Shown one piece after another: positions 55,051-64,000 of a DNA stretch of 64,000 bases. Below the pieces are notes generated by a model, which was not told the origin of the DNA, made no database searches, and was given only the letters and a program-made list of their open reading frames with translations. Both the position numbers and the translations under genes were made by a program. Position 1 is the stretch's first letter, and the number at the start of each line of letters is the position of its first letter. Source of the stretch: Octopus vulgaris (lineage: Eukaryota); the NCBI GenBank assembly GCA_951406725.2, contig OX597815.1, positions 151,280,001-151,344,000 of the forward strand, written 5' to 3'.

Positions 55051-55627
55051 ATATATATATATAAGTATATATATGTATATGTATATATATATATGTGTGT
55101 GTGTGTATCTGGGTCAGACAAATTATTGCGGTAGATTTTCTATGGTCAGATACCTTTCCTGTTGCCACCTTTATCTTGCTTCTAAAGAAAGTAATATTTT
55201 CCCATAGCCATTCATGTTTTCACAGAATGTTGGAAATGAATGTCATTAGTGTGATGACAGTGACACCTAGCTCCAACAATGATGCAAAGGTCAAGACAAA
55301 GTGGCACAAACAGACACACAATTAAAACTTGTTCCTCCCATGCTGTCTTCCATTTGTGCTTATTGTCTAGCATATACAGAAAGAGGTACAAGTTTTAATT
55401 GTATATTTTGTGCCTCATTGTCATGACATTGCATCACTGTTGTAATTGTCATTGTTATAATAGCGTCATTCATTCCCAGCATCCTGCGGAAACACGCTTG
55501 GTTATGGGTAAATATTGCTTTGTATGGAAATAGATGAGGGTAGCAACAGGAAGGGTATCTGATCATAGAAAATCTGCCTCAATAATTTGTCTGACCCAGA
55601 TATACACACACACACACACACACTCAT

Positions 55628-55666
<39 letters not shown>

Positions 55667-55729
55667 CACACATACATATACATATACATATATATATACA
55701 TAGAGAAGTAACTAAAAAATGTTGATGAT

Positions 55730-56155
55730 CAGGGCTGGATTAAGAACCATCAAGGTCCTAAGCACTTAAAAGGTTTTGGTGCCTCTATAAAATATTATGA
55801 AATTCAAAATATAAACAATAACAAATCATAAAATAAATTTTTATTTTCAAAACAAAACAAAATATTAAGAAGGAAAATAATGTTTATTTTTGTATACTTC
55901 CACTTTATTTATATTTGAAAAATTTCCTTCTACATTTTTGAATTGCAAAGTCTTTGATCAGATCCTCAAAATTATTCATCGGTAACACATCTGCATCTAT
56001 ACTTAATAGAGATAAAGGCACTCCGAATATTACTTAAGCAAGTTTAAAGTGATTTCTTTTGTGCTGTAAACCATTTACCATTTCTGTGGTGCCCCCCTCC
56101 TCTCCTTGGTGCCCTAAGCATGAGCTTATTTTGCATAATAGTTAATCCAGCGCTG
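55730..56155. mobile_element. hAT-type MITE
   Basis: TIRs cagggctggattaa / ttaatccagcgctg; TSD ttgatgat / ttgttgat. Confidence 0.75.
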
Positions 56156-56919
56156 TTGTTGATGGATGGTGGTAATGAATTTAAATTTTGCTCTTTTTAT
56201 TCTGAGTTCAAATCTTACTGGGATTAATTTTGCATGGCCTGCTAGGCATTCATGTGCTTTCAGGTTTGGTAACAATGTGTAGCACTTTAAGCAGGTTCTT
56301 CATCTTGGGTTGACCATACTCTTTTACTCTTTTACTCTTTTACTTGTTTCAGTTATTTGACTGTGGCCTTGCTAGAGCACCGCCGGTAGTCAAGCAAATC
56401 GACCCCAGGACTTATTCTTTGTAAGCCCAGTACTTATTCTATCAGTCTCTTTTGCCGAACTGCTAAGTTACGGGGGACATAAACACACCAGTATCGGTTG
56501 TCAAGTGATGTTGGGGGACAAACACAGACACACAAACATATATATACATATATACAATGGGCTTCTTTCAGTTTCTCTTTATCAAATCCACTCACAAGGC
56601 TTTGGTTGGCCCGAGGCTATAGTAGAAGACACTTGCCCAAGGTGCCACACAGTGCGACTGAACCTGGAACCATGTGGTTGGTAAGCAAGCTACTTACCAC
56701 ACAGCCATTCCTGCGCCATATGTATATTTTTATTAATATTTTGCAGAAGCAATTGGGTGACTCACGGGCCACGAATTTCATGTGTTGGCACTTATCAACA
56801 CATGAAACTGTCAGCCCTTGAGTCACTCTGTTGCTACTGCTAAATATTAATAAAAATACACATATACTCATATTCTGAGTTCTATGTTTCCTGTTTGCAT
56901 CAACAGACTTGCATATTTA

Positions 56920-58152
56920 TTAGGGCGCTCAGAAACTAATTGCATTTCACCAGAAAGGATATAAAAATGAATGTAAACTATGTTTGTCTGAATAGTTTTA
57001 AAGAATAGTTTTAAAGAACAACTGCAGCCCAACAGGAAAGTAACCTTCTTATATGACATTCAAAGAAATCTATTTCTTTTCCTGAAAAAAGTCTGAAAGA
57101 CTGTTTCCCACTTCCTCTCTGTTTCTGAATGCTCTGCCTCTTATAAAATGTTCTAGTGATTGGAACAGATGAAAATCTGTAGGTGCTATATCAGGTGAGT
57201 ATGGAGGATGTTTAAGAACTTCCCATCCTAATGATCTTATTTTTTCTTGGGTTTGTTTTGAATAGTGTGGCTGTGCATTGTCATGCTGGAGAATAACACC
57301 TTTACCATTTACCAAAGCTGGCCACTATTGACGTAATTTTTTATTTACCTGATCAAGTTGTTGGCGATAGATATCTTAATTGATGATCCTTCCATGTTCC
57401 AGTGGCTCATAATGAACAATACCTTTCATATTCCACCAAACACAGAGCAAGGATTTTTGTGGATGAAGTTCTGGTTTTGGTGTTGACACTGGCCTCTCAT
57501 TACATAATAACCATTGACTTTTTCATATTCTATTGTGATGCAAAATCCATTTTTCATCACCTATAATAATGCGCTGCAGGTTGTTATTCTTGGTTAGAAG
57601 ACTGCTGCAGATAGTGGAATGCTGTGTTTGATTCTCAAGCATAATCTCATGTGGAACCCAAATTCCCTCTTTGCATGTTTTCTCAGTTTACTTGAAATGT
57701 TTATGAATAGTTGAACATGGCACATTAAATTTCTGGTGCTTTGACATGGAACCAATACAATAATCTCATTCAAAAGGCTGTCATTTACAGTGGGTTGTCT
57801 TCTAGAGCAAATTTTGTTGGATGCATCACAATTGCCATCTTTAAACCTTTTAAATCACAGCTGACATGTATGAGCTTTCACTATATCCGGATACACTTCA
57901 CAAATATTTTTCATTGCTTTTGTAGTGGTACTTTTCTTTCAAAACTTATACAGTAAGCAATGGTGAATATATTGTTTCATAAAGTTCTTTTCCTCCATGA
58001 GGTTAATTACTGAAAGAACTACCAATGACATGTTGTGTGACAGAAAGGATGATATACTATTTCTAGACGTTTGACCTTGGCTCTGATGTGTTTGGTTGGT
58101 TCATATTTCATAGTGGTAGAAAAAATGCAATTAATTTCTGAACACACCCTAA
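56920..58152 (-). mobile_element. mariner (DD34D) transposon, pseudogenised
   Basis: TIRs ttagggcgctcagaaactaattgcattt / aaatgcaattaatttctgaacacaccctaa and TA TSD. WVPHEI, GDEKW, HDNAQPH..HPPYSPDIAPTDFHLF. Confidence 0.9.
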
Positions 58153-58932
58153 TATCTATCATTATCATCATTTAACGTCCGTTTCCCATGCTGGCATGGG
58201 TTGGACAGTTCGACTAGGGTCTGGGAAGTCAGGAGATCAGGCCCCAATCTGATCTGATAGTGTTTCTGCAGCTGGACGACCTTCCTAACGCCAAGTACTC
58301 CAAGAGTGTATTGGGTTCTTTTTACGTGCCACCGGCACAGGGGGCAGAGGAGCTGGCATCGACCATGATCAGATGGTGCTTTTTATGTGCCACCAGCATG
58401 GAAGCCAGTCATGGTGGCACTGGCATCGGCCATGTTCAGATGGTGCTTTTTACATGCCACCAGCACGAGAGTCACAACTGCAATTTCTATTTGATTGTAA
58501 TTTGATTAGATTTGATTTTGATATTGATGTTGATATATGTGACTCAAAAGTTCACCTCAAGCACGGCATGTTGCCCTATGATCCAAGGTACTTTTGAGTG
58601 GGCTGGTTATACGATGCTGGTGTATGTTACAGCCGGGTCTTCTAAGTCACAGCATACCTCCAGAGGTCTTAGTCTTTTGTCATTGCCTCTGTGAGGGCCA
58701 ATGTTCAAAGGTCATGCTTCACCACCTCATCCAATGTCTTCCTGGGTCTCCCTCTACCCTGGATTCCTTTCACTGTTTGGGAGTGACACTTCTTCACACA
58801 GCTCTCCTCGTCCATCTGCAGTACATGACCATACCAACACAAAGTCACTCTCTCTATATACAAGTTAAATAAAATGAGACAACAAAGCCAAGGCAGTGTG
58901 AAATTTCTAAGACATTTATAAAGAGAAAGGTA

Positions 58933-58980
58933 GTCTTACAGCTGTTTCAAGGATATAAAAGATATCCCATCATCAGAGAC
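58933..58980 (-). ncRNA. Minimal type I hammerhead ribozyme (Penelope-type)
   Basis: Minus strand: gtct-CTGATGA-t-gggatat(ctttt)atatcct-t-GAAA-cagctg-TA-agac. Confidence 0.75.
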
Positions 58981-59075
58981 GATATGAGCGAGTTAAACAG
59001 AAGAAAATAGTATAGTTTAATATAAGAAGTTATCTTGGATGTTACAGTTGGATGTTATATATATATATGTGTGTG

Positions 59076-59415
59076 AAGGCGCATGGCTCAGTGGTTAGAG
59101 CGTCGATCTTACGATCGTGAAGTTGTGAGCTCGAATCCCGGACCGGGCTGCGTGTTGTGTTCTCGAGCAAGGCACTTTATTTTCGCGTTGCTCCAGTTCA
59201 CTCAGCTGTAGAAATGAGTTGCGACGTCACTGGTGCCAAGCTGTATCGACCTCTGTCTTTCCCTTGGATAACACTGGTGGCATGGAGAGGGGAGGCTGGT
59301 ATGCATGGGCGACTGCTGGAACTTCCATAAACAACCTTGCCCAGACTTGTGTCTAGGAGGGTAACTTTCTAGGTGCAATCCCATGGTCATTCATGACCGA
59401 AGGGGGTCTTTACGC
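59076..59415 (+). mobile_element. tRNA-derived SINE
   Basis: A box tggctcagtgg, B box gctcgaatccc, followed by a conserved SINE body gagcaaggcacttta...cactcagctgtagaaatg. Confidence 0.75.
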
Positions 59416-59463
59416 TTTATATATATATATGTATGTATATGTATATATGTGTGTTTGTGTGTG

Positions 59464-59550
<87 letters not shown>

Positions 59551-59659
59551 ACACACACACACACACATGCAGACATACATATTTATATAGGCAAATTTGT
59601 TGTTGAAAATGCACCTAAATTTGAAAAACTTGTAATTGTTTTGAAATAAATTTATTTAC

Positions 59660-60040
59660 ATATATACTAAACTAGTTTCTGCAATATTTTTTGTTTATCT
59701 ATGGTAAAAAAGGAAGGGTAGTTATTTGTGGCTGTATTCCAATGTGAACTGGATACTGCAGTTAATGCTGTCGATTAAGTTTTAAAATTTTGAGTGTTGT
59801 TTAAGGTTGTGTGGCCACAGAATGAAGCAATTATCCAGGTAGTGTTTCCAGTTGGTGAGTTAGTGTCTCCAAATTTCAGTCTAACATGCTCATATATTTG
59901 GACTTCCAAGTATGCCATGACAAGGTTGGCAAAAGTAGGGGCTTCCTTCATTCCCATCGCTGTGCCTGATTACTGTCTATAAGTGTTCTCGCTGAAGTTG
60001 AAGAAGTTGTTCCGTAGGATGAATTTTAACGTTGCTTTTA
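59660..60040 (-). mobile_element. Penelope-like element reverse transcriptase remnant
   Basis: LKFILRNNFFNFSENTYRQ*SGTAMGMKEAPTFANLVMAYLE, followed by a frameshifted (Y)LDNCFILW motif. This is a PLE-type RT. Confidence 0.75.
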
Positions 60041-60439
60041 ACCTACCACCATTGAAACATGTTAGAATTGTTAAGGTTGTTACCTCTTCTGGGTGGGGGG
60101 AGTGAGGAAGCATTGTATATGAAAGTGTTTGGGGTATTGTAAATATAAGCATTATGAGCCTAGTGGGTGAAGCATTATTGATGCTGCAGATATAAATGTG
60201 TAAATAAATAAATAAAAAAAGTAAGTGGGTTACTATCTGGTTCAGTTAGTCTAGAGATGGGGGGGGGGAGAGAAAGGAGAGAGAGGAAGGGCAAATGGGT
60301 GCTTGGTGAGAGAAAAAGATTTCCAGTAAGACAGAGAGAGAGAGAGAGAGAGATTTCCAGTAAGAGTGAGAGAGAAAGAGATTTCTGGTATTGGAGGTGG
60401 GGTGGGAAAGGGTGGGCGCAACCACCGATACTAAAGGTT

Positions 60440-60975
60440 ACCACCGGCACTAAAAGTCATTTTAAGGGCTAGAGCAAATAAGGAGTTATTTTAGAGAAAA
60501 GCACGAAATAAGTATATACATGGCGCCAAGAAACAAGGTTGGTCATTGTAGGGTTAGAACAAACAAAAAAGGATTATTTTAGAGAATAGATGAGTTTGAA
60601 TGAATGAAGGGATTAAAAAACAAGAGAGATTCTTAGCTTAGATGTGAATACTTTCAAGTTTCATCAGCCACCGATACTAAAGGTCATTTTATGGGCTAGA
60701 GTAAATAAGGAGTTATTTTAGAGAAAAGTACGAAATAAGCATATACATGGCGCCAAGAAACAAGGTTGGTCATTGTAGGGTCAGGACAAACAATAAAGGA
60801 TTATTTTTAGAGAATAGATGAGTTTAAATGAATAAGGGGATTAAAAAACAAGAGAGATTCTTAGCTTAGCTGTGAATATTTTCAAGTTTCATCGGCCACC
60901 AATACTAAAGGTCATTTTAAGAGCTAGAGCAAATAAGAAGGAGTTATTTTAGAGAAAAGTATGAAATAAGTATAT
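60440..60975. repeat. Tandem repeat, ~228-bp unit, ~2.4 copies
   Basis: Units start ccacc.atactaaa.gtcatttta at about 60440, 60668 and 60896. Confidence 0.9.
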
Positions 60976-61297
60976 CTCTAAGCTTTGTCAGAGAGTTTAG
61001 AAAGTTCATAAGGTTAAGTTATAAATATAAATACATACATATATACATACTTTTACATATACACACATATATATATAAATATATATAATCACATATACAT
61101 ATATTAAAATGTATATGCTTATGTATATGTATATGCATACAAAGTAATCAATTATTATTATTATTATTAGGTGTAAACTCTCTGACAAAGCCTAGAGACA
61201 CACCTAAGTACCTTAATCTTATCTACAAAATACTTCAGTTTACTGGCAGGATAAAAGTAGGATGGGGTACTATGGTCTCTTGGCTGAAACAGCTCTT

Positions 61298-63555
61298 TTA
61301 CTCTTTACTCTTTTACTTGTTTCAGTCATTTGACTGTGGCCATGCTGGAGCACCGCTTTTAGTTGAGCAAATCGACCCCAGGACTTATTCTTTGTAAGCC
61401 TAGTACTTATTTTATCGGTCTCTTTTGCTGAACCATGAAGTTACGGGGACATAAACATACCAGCATCTGTTGTGAAGCGATGTTGGGGTGGACAAATAGA
61501 CACACAAACATAGACACACACACACAATCATATATATATATACATATATACGAGGTGCTTCTTTCAGTTTCTGTCTACCAAATCCACTCACAAGGCTTTG
61601 GTCGGCCCAAGGCTATAGTAGAAGATACTTGCCCAAGGTGCCATGCAGTGGGACTGAACCCGGAACCATGTGGTTAGTAAGCAAGCTACTTTTATTAATT
61701 TCATTTGCCATAGTGGCAGTACAGAGACGGGTAGCTTTGCAGGCTGGACAAGACATTGATAAGGTGACTGATAATAATACAAGATGATAAGGATGGGAGA
61801 AGACAGAAAGTGCCCGCTGACCCTCTACTTCTCTAAAACATTGTTCTTTAAAAACACATATATAGTGGTATTGACCCTCTTACAATATAAAATACAATAT
61901 ATTTGGACTCAAAAGTCCACACAAATACAAAACATAATTTATACACAAATTAGAGGTGATGAACCCCTACAATTCTTCCCCGAGCAGTTTTCTTGTGACT
62001 TTCAAGCATTCCTGCAACCACAATCTGGGGCTCCGAAAAAGAATTCTATAATTCTCGTTTTCACATGAGTCAATTATAAGATCACAGTACTTTCTTTCCA
62101 GCACCAGGACAGCCACCTGCGAAGGCCACTCTGGGCTGTCAATACAAGTCGAGTCCCTCAGGATCCGACTATCCATATCATTCTCCACGAAACTGTCAAT
62201 AGCCCCTCCCTTGAGATAGAAGAACATAAATTCTTCACCACTTTCACTGGGAGGGGCCTCAACTCCCTCGCTCGATGGCACCCCACTGACGAGGTTATCT
62301 TCTTCCCCCTCCCCCTCCGGTGGCACACATCCCATCGAAGGGGTTTCAGGACATGTTGTCACCGGCAATGCCCTGTTTTTCTTTTTTCTCTTCTTTTTTC
62401 CTGTTATGACGTGAGGGTGGAATTCCTCCGACATCTCCGGAGGACCTTACCGCCCCGCCCGCCATGTCAGGATCCATCGGTGGGCAACCATTGTTGTCCA
62501 CCTTCTTTCTTTTCTTCCCCTTTGTTTTCGAGGAGGTTACCCCCTCCTCAACTTTTTCCTCCACTGGGGGAGCAGGGGACGCCTTTTCAATTAACTGTTC
62601 CAGGACTCTTGCCTGGTCCTGGTGACAGTTCTTTTTTATATGGCCCAATTCCAGGCACAGGTGACACTTAGGGGGACGTCCCTCAACCATCACCGGGTAC
62701 CTTGAACTGGCCATTGTTAAAAAATCTGGTAAAACCAGATCATTGGCTGATTGGGTCCATAGGGTCAAAATTGCTTTTGACCCGACCCAATCAACTGCAG
62801 GCAACATTTTTACATTTAAGAGCCTGACAGGGCTGCCACCCAGGCCCCGACGAATAGTGTCTTCTATCCATTTGGCCTCTATACCGGGTGGCAGCCCACC
62901 ATCCAGGCTCTTGTCAACTTTCTACTGCCATAAGTAGGGAGAAACAAAATTTTTTCCCCTTCCAAAGGCATGCTCGCAAAATCATGAGCCTCTGCAAGGG
63001 TCTCAAAAAGTACACACACAGTTCCATACTTCACACCCCTCTGGATAAAGCTAGCAGTTGACAGATAGTCTGCCAACTCCTTAATTTCTTCCTCAGAGAA
63101 GGCCTTGATGGTGTCAAGGGCCCTGGAATAGGTCCTTAACACCACCATTCTCCCCGTATAATTTTTCAACCATTCTTTGGGGGCCAAAATTTTCCACTCC
63201 ATAGCGGATTTCACAGATGCCATGTTGATAGCCAAAACAAAAATAAAAATCCACAAAGAAAAATCAAAATATTCAAATGAAAGTCTATAAAGAAACTCAA
63301 AAAAGATCAGAAAGACAGACTCGAGAAGAAAGAGTGAAGGAAGATAATCCCAAGTGGGGACCCTTGTTCGAAAAAATAATAACCTTACGAACAACAGACT
63401 TCACTAAGCTCCCAAAAAACAAATGCTTTACCTATGTTTGTGCTTCAAATGTTCAATTTTTCACTTATGATGTGACTTCCACCACGACGAAAAACAATGC
63501 AACAACTTGGTAGCAGTCATCGAGCTACTTACCACACACCCACTCCTATGCCTGT
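61298..63555 (-). mobile_element. Family A SINE split in two (61298-61691 and 63523-63555) by the ORF1-only element
   Basis: The SINE sequence resumes exactly after the duplicated agctactt. Confidence 0.85.
61692..63522 (-). mobile_element. ORF1-only (HAL1-like / half-Tx1) non-autonomous retroelement, copy 2
   Basis: 8-bp TSD agctactt (61684-61691 and 63523-63530). ~300-nt 5' UTR, then ORF1 from ATG 63223 to 61967 in three frameshifted pieces with CHLCLELGHIKKNC, then a ~275-nt 3' UTR ending AATAA(A). No ORF2. Confidence 0.88.
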
Positions 63556-63967
63556 AAGATTTTATCCTTCTTTCTATGTTCTACATTATATATTTTAATA
63601 ATTACTGGTATTTTTATATTTTATATTTTATATATTATATATTTAAAGCATAATAGGTTATACATGTATGTATATTGCTATAATTGTCTTTTTAAAAAAA
63701 AAAATAAGTAGACATAATATAATGTCTATAAGTTTATAAATACCATCTCTTGATCAACTCCATTTTCTTAATGATATATTAATTAAGGGTAAAATATCTT
63801 TTTACCATCACCCATTTATTACACTCGGTAATGTAACTGCTATGCAATGAAAAAACACTTGTGTATTAATAATTGGGTATTCGACCACCAGTATATTGGA
63901 TAGATATTATCCCTTAGTTGGTTGGATTCACAACCTCTCCCTTGGAATTATATATATACATATATGC

Positions 63968-64000
<33 letters not shown>

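Noticed and set aside
61967-63223. Interpretation as an LTR-retrotransposon gag or a domesticated host gene
   Set aside because: No LTRs, PBS or pol. The variable-length TSDs, AATAAA-type end, 5' truncation of a sister copy and frameshifts indicate TPRT-inserted TE copies.

Overview
AT-rich, repeat-dominated eukaryotic DNA. The repeat landscape (tRNA-derived SINEs, RTE LINE 3' ends with (GAT)n tails, long (TA)n/(CA)n tracts) resembles an octopus or other cephalopod genome; this is inference. Most of the supplied ORFs are microsatellite or SINE noise. The only convincing host CDS is an intronless-CDS transmembrane RING-finger gene (RNF26-like, 32226-32918). The rest is TE debris: RTE LINEs with an embedded PHD-like finger, R4/Dong-type RLE LINE ends, a CR1/L2 tail, Penelope-like remnants carrying minimal hammerhead ribozymes, three Tc1/mariner families (DD34D, DD36E, DD37D), hAT and piggyBac MITEs, and a Helitron. 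The main finding is three copies of an ORF1-only (RRM-like + CCHC knuckle, no RT) retroelement. Each copy is bounded by a TSD and ends in a conserved 3' stem-loop plus AATAAA-like end. All three are nicked into the same target motif, CTT^RCCAYAC. Two of them sit at the identical nucleotide of a tRNA-derived SINE head. This points to a sequence-specific, non-autonomous 'half-Tx1/L1' system that parasitises SINEs.
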